NCBI GenBank assembly: GCA_963719515.1
Contig: CAVRCJ010000003.1
Location: 640,001-704,000, forward strand
Length of the DNA stretch: 64,000 bases
From: an uncultured cyanobacterium
GTDB lineage: Bacteria > Cyanobacteriota > Cyanobacteriia > CAKZMO01
Direction: 5' to 3'
The stretch's first letter is position 1, and each line of letters opens with the position of its first letter. A program made the translations under genes and the position numbers. Below the pieces are notes generated by a model. It saw only the letters and a program-made list of their open reading frames with translations, was not told the DNA's origin and did not search any database. Of this stretch, positions 18,191 to 26,923 are shown one piece after another.

Positions 18191-19879
18191 TCAATCTCCC
18201 CAAACTTGAATATGGTAGCGGTACCCCTGCTCCGTCAAGAATAGCTGCCGGTGCTGAGCAAACTCCTCCTCGCAGGTGCGCGAAGACACCAGCGTATAAA
18301 ACTGAGCGCTGCGCCCGTCCCCCTTAGGCCTTAGCACCCGCCCCAGCCGCTGCGCCTCCTCCTGGCGGGAGCCATACTTCCCTGACACCTGAATCAGCAC
18401 GTCCGCATCGGGCAAATCTAAAGCAAAGTTACCCACCCGCGAGAGAATCAGCCCCGTCTCTTCGCCGCTGCGAAAGGCGGCGTAGAGGCGATCGCGCTCT
18501 TTTTGGCTGGTCTTGCCGGTGATCATGGAGAAGTCGACCCGCTCAGCGATCGCCTTCAATTGATCCAGGTACTCCCCAATAATCAGCACCCGTCGCCCTG
18601 CTTCCCGCTCTAGCAGCGCCGCCACCACGTCCACCTTGAGGGGATTTTCGGCGGCGATGCGAAACTGGTAGCGGCGGGAGGCCGTGGCGTAGTCCATCTG
18701 CCGCGCCTCGGTTTGCGGCACCCGGATTTCGGTGCATTCCGCCGCCGCAATAAAGCCTTGGCCCTCCAGCTCTCGCCAGGGTACGTCGTAGCGCTTGGGG
18801 CCAATGAGGGTGAACACATCGCCCTCGCGGCCGTCCTCGCGAATCAGAGTGGCCGTTAGTCCTAAGCGGCGGCGGGCCTGCAGTTGAGCGGTGATGCGGA
18901 ATACGGGGGCGGGCAGCAGATGCACCTCGTCGTAGATGATTAGGCCCCAGCTTTGCTCATCGAACAGCCCCAGGTGCAAGAAATCCTCATCTTGACTGGC
19001 CCGGTAGGTGAGGATTTGGTAGGTGGCAAGGGTAACGGGGCCGGTGGCCTTTTGCTGGCCGCTGTACTCCGCTAGATGGTCTGCCGTGAGGCTGGTCTTG
19101 TCCAACAGCTCCCGCTGCCACTGGCGCACCGAGGTGAGGCTGCTGGTGAGGATCAGGGTCTTTTGCTGCACCGCCGCCATCGCCGCCATGCCTACCATGG
19201 TCTTACCCGCCCCGCAGGGCAGCACAATCACGCCGCTGCCGCCTTTGGCCTGCCCCGACTGGTAAAACAGGTCGGCGGCAGTTTGCTGGTAGGGCCGCAG
19301 GTGAAAGGGCTCGCCCGCGCTGGTAGTAGTAGCCAGCTTCAGCGGTAGGGCATCGCCCTCTAGGTAGCCCGCCAAATCTTCTGCCGGGTAGCCCGCCGTG
19401 AGCAGCGCCTGCTTGAGCAGGCCCCGGTGTCCCAAGGCGACGGCAAAGGTTGTCGGCGAAAGGCGACCAGCCAGCAGCGGCCCCACCTGCTCGTGGCGCA
19501 GTAGCAGTTCGGCCAGGGGCTTGTCGGCCACCTGCAGCAGGAGTTCATCTCCCGAGCCAGCGCCATCACTTGCCTTCAGCGTCGTTAGCCCGTAGCGCTG
19601 CCCCAATGCTTCAAGCTCCTGAGCCACTGATTCGGGCATGGGGTACTTGGCGTGGGTGCTCAGGGCGGTAACCATATCGGCGACGGGCATGCCAGCGGCG
19701 CGGGCGTTCCAAATGCTCAGGGGGCTAAGGCGGTAGGTGTGGATGTGCTCTGGGCTTTTGACCAGCTCGGCAAAGGGAGCGATCGCGGCTTGGGCAGGCT
19801 TGGCCTTGGGGGCGTGGACATCCAGCAGCACGGTGCGATCGCTTTGGATAATTAGGGCGTTGTCGGGGGAGTAGCTCAT
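18191..19879 (-). CDS. XPB/Rad25-like SF2 DNA helicase
   Basis: ELVKSPEHIHTY N-domain, LRPYQ, LPCGAGKT, DEVH, GLTATLIRED, QRLGRVLR. Confidence 0.93.
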   Translation of the reverse strand: MSYSPDNALIIQSDRTVLLDVHAPKAKPAQAAIAPFAELVKSPEHIHTYRLSPLSIWNARAAGMPVADMVTALSTHAKYPMPESVAQELEALGQRYGLTTLKASDGAGSGDELLLQVADKPLAELLLRHEQVGPLLAGRLSPTTFAVALGHRGLLKQALLTAGYPAEDLAGYLEGDALPLKLATTTSAGEPFHLRPYQQTAADLFYQSGQAKGGSGVIVLPCGAGKTMVGMAAMAAVQQKTLILTSSLTSVRQWQRELLDKTSLTADHLAEYSGQQKATGPVTLATYQILTYRASQDEDFLHLGLFDEQSWGLIIYDEVHLLPAPVFRITAQLQARRRLGLTATLIREDGREGDVFTLIGPKRYDVPWRELEGQGFIAAAECTEIRVPQTEARQMDYATASRRYQFRIAAENPLKVDVVAALLEREAGRRVLIIGEYLDQLKAIAERVDFSMITGKTSQKERDRLYAAFRSGEETGLILSRVGNFALDLPDADVLIQVSGKYGSRQEEAQRLGRVLRPKGDGRSAQFYTLVSSRTCEEEFAQHRQLFLTEQGYRYHIQVWGD

Positions 19880-19905
19880 AGGTTTTGTTTTTAGGCGTTG
19901 GGGCC

Positions 19906-21777
19906 TTAGCTACTCGCCATCGGTAGGCTGTACCCCAGCTTCCGCAGGCCGTTACGAAAGCGGGTTTCTTGGTCTAAGGGCACCACCAAATGGCGATCGC
20001 CCGCCAGCTGGCAATACTTTTTGGTGCGGGAATCGTGGGCAATTAGCGCGGCTAGGCTGGCGTCGGCGCATTCAATCAGGCGGGCTACCCCCTGGGCCTG
20101 CAGGCTCTCCGTGCGGCTGCGGCAGTCTTCGAAGAACTGCGCCACGGTTTTGGGCAAAGCTTCGGCGCTGGCCTGGGTGAGAAAGTCGTAGAACTCTTGG
20201 AGGGAGTGACCCGCTTCAGCGGCCTTAAGGATGGTTTCTCGGTCCAGCTTCCAGACGGCGTCAGAGGTCTGCTGGGTGAAGGTGTTCATCATTAGGGTTT
20301 CGGCGGGGGGGAGAGGGGCTCCCGCCATGACGATGTCGAGGTTGGGCAACACCCGCAGCGTGCTCTCGGTGGTGATAGGGGCCGGGGTATAGGCATCGGT
20401 GAGGCCGAGGCAAAAGTCTCCTAGGGGCGTGAGCCGCACCGCAACCAGGCCATCGTAGCGGCTGAGAAACGAGAGATCGTCGGTGCCCCAGAAGCTGTCA
20501 TAGCTGCCGCGGGGGGCCGCGTAGGGGGTGATGTAGCCCACGTCCAGCAGCCCTAAGGTAGCTGCGTATTCAAACAAAAAGCAGCGCATGTAGCTGTCCT
20601 GGAGAATGCCCCAAGACGCGCCATATTCATTGAGATAGCCGTAGCCCGCTTCGCTGATATAGAGACTTTCGGGGTAGCGGCTGACCTCAAACAGTTGATT
20701 GCTGGCAATCATGTAGCGCTTTAGGTGGTCAAACGTGACCCACTCCCCTGCAGGGCACAGCTGCAGGGCGTCAGTAATCGCAGCGCGCCGTCCGCTGACG
20801 GCAGTGAGGCTGCGCTTGGCTTTGCCGGTTTGCCCTTTAATGGCGTCGATGCGCCGCAGTTCGTCGAGCAGGGTGGTTTTCAGCCACTTTTTCCAAATGG
20901 CCTTGAGGGTTTTGTGGGGAGGCGCGCCCATGGCCTTTTGCCCTGCCTTGGTCAGCTGCAGCTTTTTGCCGTCTAAGCTGGCCAATCCACCCGCCTGCAC
21001 CAGCATCACCCAGGCAAAGGGCTTGATGACGCCGATGGGATCGTGGTAATCGTCGGCGGGTTCGTCGTCCTCGGTGTAGTAGTCGCCGCCCTGCAGCAAA
21101 GGGGCGATCGCCTTCAGGGTGGCCTTGCTGGGCATGTAGGTTTTGTCACTGACGCTCACCTTGCCCAGGTGAATCAGCCGCAGCACCGCGAGCAAGTTCT
21201 GCTGGGCGGCTTGTTCCCTAAGGGCGATGGCGATGGGCACCGCTGCTACCGTCTTGATGGACTTACGCTGCTCGTAGTCAAAGTGACGGTGCTGTACCTC
21301 AAACACCTCCGGCAGCGTTTCACTGCTGTTCAGGGTGAGCAGCGGGGGCTGCGGCACAAATGCCTTGAGCTTTTGCTGCAGCGCTTCTGGCATCAGGGAG
21401 GCAGAGTCATACCGGCTACCGGGATAGAAAAACAGATCGAGCTTGGCGGCGGGCTGGCTGTAGCGCATAAACGAGCCACGATTCTCCCAGGTCGGTAAGT
21501 CGCCGTATTTGGCCCGAAACTGCTCCGCCTCGAAGCGGCCCTCGGTGTAGTAGATCGCTTCTGCAACGGCCGCCTGCTGCAGTTTGTCTAGATCGTTCCA
21601 CAGCGCCTTTACCCCCGGCCCCAGGAGATACCCTTCTATGGCATAGATGAGGTCGGCTTTTCGAGTCGACTTTCCTTGAATGGGTAAAAGATCAAGCAGC
21701 TTTTTAATATCTTCGACGGTGCGAAAAGATAATCCTGCCTGGATCGTGCTCAGCGATGTCAGCGTGGAGTCTGCCAT
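19906..21777 (-). CDS. helicase-associated protein with C-terminal XPB/Ssl2 N-terminal-like domain
   Basis: C-terminal LRVLPNLDIV..VWKLDRETILKAAEAG..LPKTVAQF; operonic with the XPB gene. Confidence 0.7.
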   Translation of the reverse strand: MADSTLTSLSTIQAGLSFRTVEDIKKLLDLLPIQGKSTRKADLIYAIEGYLLGPGVKALWNDLDKLQQAAVAEAIYYTEGRFEAEQFRAKYGDLPTWENRGSFMRYSQPAAKLDLFFYPGSRYDSASLMPEALQQKLKAFVPQPPLLTLNSSETLPEVFEVQHRHFDYEQRKSIKTVAAVPIAIALREQAAQQNLLAVLRLIHLGKVSVSDKTYMPSKATLKAIAPLLQGGDYYTEDDEPADDYHDPIGVIKPFAWVMLVQAGGLASLDGKKLQLTKAGQKAMGAPPHKTLKAIWKKWLKTTLLDELRRIDAIKGQTGKAKRSLTAVSGRRAAITDALQLCPAGEWVTFDHLKRYMIASNQLFEVSRYPESLYISEAGYGYLNEYGASWGILQDSYMRCFLFEYAATLGLLDVGYITPYAAPRGSYDSFWGTDDLSFLSRYDGLVAVRLTPLGDFCLGLTDAYTPAPITTESTLRVLPNLDIVMAGAPLPPAETLMMNTFTQQTSDAVWKLDRETILKAAEAGHSLQEFYDFLTQASAEALPKTVAQFFEDCRSRTESLQAQGVARLIECADASLAALIAHDSRTKKYCQLAGDRHLVVPLDQETRFRNGLRKLGYSLPMASS

Positions 21778-21858
21778 AGGGGTTTGGGCGTAGACTGCTT
21801 CAATTAAAAATACGCACTCTCAACGCTGGGAGTCGAGGGTTTTGGCTATCACAGTTAT

Positions 21859-21934
21859 CTTAAAAGACCGACGTTAGATTGGCCTAGATGCCCTCAGAAA
21901 TTGCCCGCCAAACCCGCAGAATTTCCGCCACGCT
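21859..21934 (-). repeat. right-hand copy of the 76-bp island-flanking direct repeat
   Basis: Aligns ungapped with 13407-13482 and has the stop codon at the same position. Confidence 0.85.
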
Positions 21935-23920
21935 CCAGGCCTGGGCAAAGCAGCCGCGCGGGGCGTGGGGGGCATCGCCATCAAAAATTTCGCTGACGGT
22001 GCCTAGGCCTGCGTCTGCTAGATGGTCTGCAAAGGGCTCTAGGTAGGACAACGCCCGCTCTGCGTCTCGATAAACCTTGAAGTGAGCCTGCACAAAAGGC
22101 CCCATCAGCCATCCCCAGACGGTGCCCTGGTGGTAAGCGCCGTCCCGCCGGTAGCGATCGCCTCCGTAGGTCCCCGCGTAGCCTGGGTGGGTGGTAGAGA
22201 GCGAGCGCAGGCCGTAGGAGGTGAGTAGATGAGCCGCCACGACGTCGACGACGGCCTTTTGCCGGTCTGGGGTAAGTAGGCGATCGCCGGGGAGACCATC
22301 GCCGTAGGGCAGCGCCACGGCAAAAATTTGGTTGGGGCGGAGGGTGCTGTTGCTACCGCCAGGAGCGTCGAGCACGTCAAAGCAGTAGCCACTCGCCTCG
22401 CTCCAAAAGCGCTGAAAGCCCTGGCGGCACCGTTCGGCCAGTCGCTCGTAGTCTTGGGCGGGCTTGCCCAGCCGGCGAGCCAGCTCAATCATCACCCGCA
22501 GCGCGTTATACCACAGGGCATTCACTTCCACGGGCTTCCCAATGCGCGGCGTCACCACCCAGTCGTCTACCTTGGCATCCATCCAGGTGAGCTGCACCCC
22601 TGTCTCTCCGGCGTACAGCAGGCCGTCGCCCGGGTCCACTTGAATGCCGTAGCGCGTACCCCGCTGATGCCAGTCCACCACTTCAGCCAGGGCGGGAAAG
22701 AGTTCTGCCATCAGCGCCGTATCCTGGGTAGCGGCGCAGTAGCTGCGAATCGCCTCGAAGTACCACAGAATGGCGTCCACGGTGTTGTACTCCGGATCTT
22801 GCCCTGAATCAGGGAAGAGGTTGGGCAGCATGCCCTGGCTGAGGTGCTGCCCAAAGGTCTGTAAAATAGGCCGGGCCAACTCCGGTTTGCCCGCCGCCAT
22901 GGTGAGCCCCGGCAGGCTGATCATGGTGTCGCGGCCCCAGTCCCCGAACCAGGGGTAGCCCGCGATGACTGTTTTACCGGGGGGCTTGCCGGAAGGGTTG
23001 TCCGGGCCGCCGCTTGAGGGACGATCGACCACAAATGAGTCGGCGGCCAGCACCAGCGGCTGTAGCCAGACTGGAGAACTCTGCTGAGAGGCCTGCCATC
23101 GGGTAACCAGCGCCTCATCCTGCTGCCTCCGGTCATCTAACAGCGCGGCCCCGTCAGTGGGGGTCTGACCGCGATCGCCCTCGGTCGTGGCTACCAGAGT
23201 CAGATCCTGACCGAGCCTGAGCGAAACATTGACTGTCGCCGCCTGGAGGTGAGCGTCGCGATCGCCCGTCCCCCGGTAATGCTCCACCGCTAGCCCAAAG
23301 TGATGCAGCCACTGCGGGTCAATTTGCGGCTGACCCCGGTTGCTTAGGACGTAAAAGGGCGCTTTATTGGGCGCTTCTACCTGGATGCCGCACCCCAAGG
23401 CGCTCACCGGCCAATCTCCGGGAGAGCTGCCGCCGTGGTGATCGCGGTGGTTGACAATTACCTTCAGGGCAAGGTCGAGCCTGGCTCCCCGCGTCAGGGT
23501 ATAGCGAACGCAGGTGGTGTTCTCACCGCGCACCATCCACACCCGCTTTTGTAGCTGCGCCCCCCCAAGGGCGAAGGTCCAGACGGGCACCGTACCCTCT
23601 AGCTCAAAGTGCTCGATATGTCGGTAGCCTTGGGGCTCAACCAGGCTGCCCCAAGGGTCTCCCTTTCCGGGAGCCCAGGCATTGGTAAACAACGGGTAGG
23701 CTTTGCCGCCATAGGTGGCGGTCTCGTCCAGCTTCGTCACCAGCAGCGATCGACCTAAGGGGGGATTGAGGGCCGCTACGAGCAATCCGTGGTAGGCCCG
23801 CGTCAGATGGCCCGCGACGGTCCCGCAGGCGTAGCCGCCGATGCCGTTGGTCACCAGCCACTCCCTAGCGGCAGCGGCCTCTAGAGTTCCACAGATCTCC
23901 CGGCCAAACTGAATCGTCAT
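21884..23920 (-). CDS. amylo-alpha-1,6-glucosidase (glycogen debranching enzyme family)
   Basis: REWLVTNGIGGY, AGYPWFGDWGRDT, QLTWMDAK, YHQGTVW, AQAWSVAE. Confidence 0.93.
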   Translation of the reverse strand: MTIQFGREICGTLEAAAAREWLVTNGIGGYACGTVAGHLTRAYHGLLVAALNPPLGRSLLVTKLDETATYGGKAYPLFTNAWAPGKGDPWGSLVEPQGYRHIEHFELEGTVPVWTFALGGAQLQKRVWMVRGENTTCVRYTLTRGARLDLALKVIVNHRDHHGGSSPGDWPVSALGCGIQVEAPNKAPFYVLSNRGQPQIDPQWLHHFGLAVEHYRGTGDRDAHLQAATVNVSLRLGQDLTLVATTEGDRGQTPTDGAALLDDRRQQDEALVTRWQASQQSSPVWLQPLVLAADSFVVDRPSSGGPDNPSGKPPGKTVIAGYPWFGDWGRDTMISLPGLTMAAGKPELARPILQTFGQHLSQGMLPNLFPDSGQDPEYNTVDAILWYFEAIRSYCAATQDTALMAELFPALAEVVDWHQRGTRYGIQVDPGDGLLYAGETGVQLTWMDAKVDDWVVTPRIGKPVEVNALWYNALRVMIELARRLGKPAQDYERLAERCRQGFQRFWSEASGYCFDVLDAPGGSNSTLRPNQIFAVALPYGDGLPGDRLLTPDRQKAVVDVVAAHLLTSYGLRSLSTTHPGYAGTYGGDRYRRDGAYHQGTVWGWLMGPFVQAHFKVYRDAERALSYLEPFADHLADAGLGTVSEIFDGDAPHAPRGCFAQAWSVAEILRVWRAISEGI

Positions 23921-23965
23921 AGGTGTCTTTGGCGTTCGCGTACCGGCATATCGAGGTTCCTACTC

Positions 23966-24595
23966 CTAGGCGCAAACCTTTTTGACGCTCTCCAGGTTCT
24001 GCGCCTGCTGCCACCAGGCTCTTAGCTTTGGCGTCTGGGCCGTAACGGCGTCAAATTCCTTGGTCTTGGACAGGTAGACAAAGATGGGAATCAGGTAAAA
24101 GTCAGCAAGGCTGATCAAGCTGCCCACGAGAAACGGCGTCCCCACGCACAGCGCTTCAATCGCCTCTAGCGCCTTCTTAGCCGGGGCGATCGCCCCCTGT
24201 ACGGCTTGCTCGTCCGGCTCGCCGCCCTGCTGAGGCACAATCAGCCGCTGAATCACGATGGTGCTGATAGCGTGCTGGTAGAGGTAGCTATCGACGATTG
24301 AGATGATTTGACGCATGCGGGCCTGCTTAAGCAGGTCAGACGGCGTAAATTTGTCGTTGGCCAGCTGATTGAAGTAGTAGGCTATGGCCCCCGTCTCATA
24401 CAGCAGGTGGCCGTCTACTTCTGCCGCTGGGACCTTTCCGAAGGGATGCTTCTTTAAATACTCATCGGTTTCGTTGTCTCCGTTGAAGATGCCAACGTCT
24501 TCTAAGGTGTAGTCGGTGTTGGCCTCGGCTAGCAGCAGGCGAATGGTGCGAACGTAGGTACTGACAGGCGTACCGTACAGGGTGATATTGGCCAT
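23966..24595 (-). CDS. glutathione S-transferase family protein
   Basis: HPFGKVP, LYETGAI, SLADF. Confidence 0.9.
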   Translation of the reverse strand: MANITLYGTPVSTYVRTIRLLLAEANTDYTLEDVGIFNGDNETDEYLKKHPFGKVPAAEVDGHLLYETGAIAYYFNQLANDKFTPSDLLKQARMRQIISIVDSYLYQHAISTIVIQRLIVPQQGGEPDEQAVQGAIAPAKKALEAIEALCVGTPFLVGSLISLADFYLIPIFVYLSKTKEFDAVTAQTPKLRAWWQQAQNLESVKKVCA

Positions 24596-24825
24596 GGTGT
24601 CTTAACCTCCGTGAGTGAAATCGTGCCCTGGCCAAACAGGATAACCCATTCCAAGCTCGGCGCACTCGCCCGCAGATAATACACTATTAGAAAAATTTTT
24701 CAATAAATAATCATAGCGCTTTACCTCAAAAGACAGATTTCTTAGGAAGACATACAGGTCTTCATAAAGTTAAGATGAATATTTCTGTATCATAGATAAC
24801 TATAAGAAGCCTCCAGATCTAAAAA

Positions 24826-25032
24826 ATGCTTATACTGCTCTATGCTTTGCCCGGCGCGCTGACCTTTATCGCGCTGCGGCAGGCGTTTCAGGAAGACGCC
24901 GCAACGCCGTTAAAAGACGTCGACAATTGGGTCGTCCTTCTCGCGGCCTCCATACTGTGGCCTGCGATCGCCTTGCCGGTCCTCAAGACGACAATGCTCA
25001 AAAGACGGCTTCAGCATCAAGCGCCGTCCTGA
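24826..25032 (+). CDS. small membrane protein
   Basis: 68 aa, two hydrophobic segments, AT-rich upstream region. Confidence 0.55.
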   Translation: MLILLYALPGALTFIALRQAFQEDAATPLKDVDNWVVLLAASILWPAIALPVLKTTMLKRRLQHQAPS

Positions 25033-25075
25033 CCGCTGCGCTTTTAGAGGACGCCGGGCCGCATCAGGCTAGGCC

Positions 25076-26596
25076 CTAGGCGCGCGGCTTATCGCCAGGA
25101 CTGACGCTGAAGTTAGCAAAATCGATGTGCGTGTCCTTCGGCGTTGACCAAGAGCGATCGCCGCCGCCAAAAAAGGTAGAGAAGAAGATGCCGTCCAGCT
25201 GCAGGTCGTCTGTTGTCCGAAACATCAGCCCGCTGTCCTGCAGCACCAGGTTGCCGTCGAGCCAGACCCGAACTTGCCCGTCGGACTGGCCCGGTTGGTT
25301 GAGTACTACCTCTTGCTCTACGGTGTGCCACTGACTCGGCGTAAAGGTCCAGGCTCCCCGCCCGATGGAGTCGCCATAGCCTTTGCTCGTAGGTAAGTAA
25401 GCGTAGACTTCGCCCTGTCCCTCCCGTCGCCACATGAGCCGCGTCGAAAAGCCGTCAGTGCCGTCGGGGATATTGCCGCCGCTGGCCCCCGCTCCGCCAA
25501 ATAGACCGGGAAGCTTGCCGCCTTTGACGAAGTCAAAATTGTCGGCAAAGCGCAGGTCATAGCTGAGGCGCAGGCTGTCTTGAGGCGGGACGTCTAAGCC
25601 GGCGTAGAACTGTCCGCCCCCCAGAGGAACGCCTTCCTTACGGCTGACGGAGGGAGCTGCAGAGCCCTTGGGATAGTGGACCCGGAGGACGCCTGGCTCT
25701 CCCCCTGTAGACAGCACCTCAAAGTTCTCTTCTCCCCAAGCGCCTTTTTGCCGGACGTTCCACTGCGCCTGCCAATCGCCTGAGAAATCGTCGCTCCAGG
25801 CCGCGGCTGGGCTGGGCCGGACGCCGGGGCCAGGGTCGGGGGTAGCGGCCGCTGGCAAGATTCTTTCTACCACCGGGGCCTCGCTAAAGGTCGGGCCATC
25901 CGCTTCGACGCCGTTCGCTGTCGCGTTTCCATCAGGGCGACTAAACTCTGGGCTATCTACCGGCGACTCGAGCGGAGAGCCAGCGCGAGTGGAGACAAAC
26001 ATGCTCTCCTCTAGCGCTGCAGACTGGACGTTCTGCAGGCGCGCCAGCTTGCTACCAGACGTGCCATCGATGATAATGGTGTCCTTGCGGGACTGAGAGA
26101 ATTCGAGCTGATCAAACGTCAGGCCATCGGCCAGCCCTAGGCGGTCGGTGCCGACCTGAAAGTCAATGATTCTGTCGGTGCCACTTTGGCGCTCTAGCAC
26201 GAACACATCTTGCCCCTGATGCTTAGAGACATCGCCAATCAGCCGGTCGTCGCCCTGTCCGCCCCACAGCAGGTCGCTACCCGCGTCCCCGCGAATTCTG
26301 TCGTCGCCCTCTCCGCCAAAAAGCAGGTCGTTGCCCTCCCTGCCGCGAATTCTGTCTTTCCCGTCGTCGCCAAAGATGATGTCGTTCAGACTGTCAGCGA
26401 GTCGGCCTGTACCCGCATCGCCCTCAAGGCGATCGCCCTTTGCGGTGCCGTAGATAGGGGCATTGAAGGCGTCAGGGGCCAGCAGGCCGCGATTCTCACC
26501 AGCGCTAGAGGAGCGAAGGCCAGGATCTTCGGATGCGATCGCAGAAAAGTTAGCCAATGCGCCGTCCGGCATTGACTCAAAAGATTGAGGTCTCAC
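25076..26596 (-). CDS. RTX Ca-binding repeat protein fused to a PL14-like polysaccharide lyase
   Basis: GGxGxD nonapeptides; FDFVKGGKLPGL, GFSTRLMWRR, FFSTFFGG. Confidence 0.8.
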   Translation of the reverse strand: MRPQSFESMPDGALANFSAIASEDPGLRSSSAGENRGLLAPDAFNAPIYGTAKGDRLEGDAGTGRLADSLNDIIFGDDGKDRIRGREGNDLLFGGEGDDRIRGDAGSDLLWGGQGDDRLIGDVSKHQGQDVFVLERQSGTDRIIDFQVGTDRLGLADGLTFDQLEFSQSRKDTIIIDGTSGSKLARLQNVQSAALEESMFVSTRAGSPLESPVDSPEFSRPDGNATANGVEADGPTFSEAPVVERILPAAATPDPGPGVRPSPAAAWSDDFSGDWQAQWNVRQKGAWGEENFEVLSTGGEPGVLRVHYPKGSAAPSVSRKEGVPLGGGQFYAGLDVPPQDSLRLSYDLRFADNFDFVKGGKLPGLFGGAGASGGNIPDGTDGFSTRLMWRREGQGEVYAYLPTSKGYGDSIGRGAWTFTPSQWHTVEQEVVLNQPGQSDGQVRVWLDGNLVLQDSGLMFRTTDDLQLDGIFFSTFFGGGDRSWSTPKDTHIDFANFSVSPGDKPRA

Positions 26597-26835
26597 TTAC
26601 GTCTCCTTTAAGTCGCTTGATTTGAGGCAGCGCGATGCTGCCCTGAGCTCAGTCAAGCGGGAATAATTTGCCTTGCACTCAAACGCTGAATAGGCCGTGA
26701 GGCAAGTGTAGTGACCCTTCAAATACCTGTTGCTGCATAGAGCTCGCCATGGGGCAACTGAACCAGTGCAATAAGCGCTGTATGCCCCATCGGTGCAGCT
26801 CAAAATTTAGCGTTGCACAGCTACTCCATTTGACA

Positions 26836-26875
26836 GGCGCACCCCCTGAGATGTTCCCAACAAAAAGGGTGCGCC
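26836..26875 (-). terminator. hairpin downstream of the GT2 gene
   Basis: GGCGCACCC...GGGTGCGCC inverted repeat. Confidence 0.4.
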
Positions 26876-26923
26876 GCAGCGCACCCGGTAACCCAATTTG
26901 ACGAGTTGCTCGTTGACGAATTG

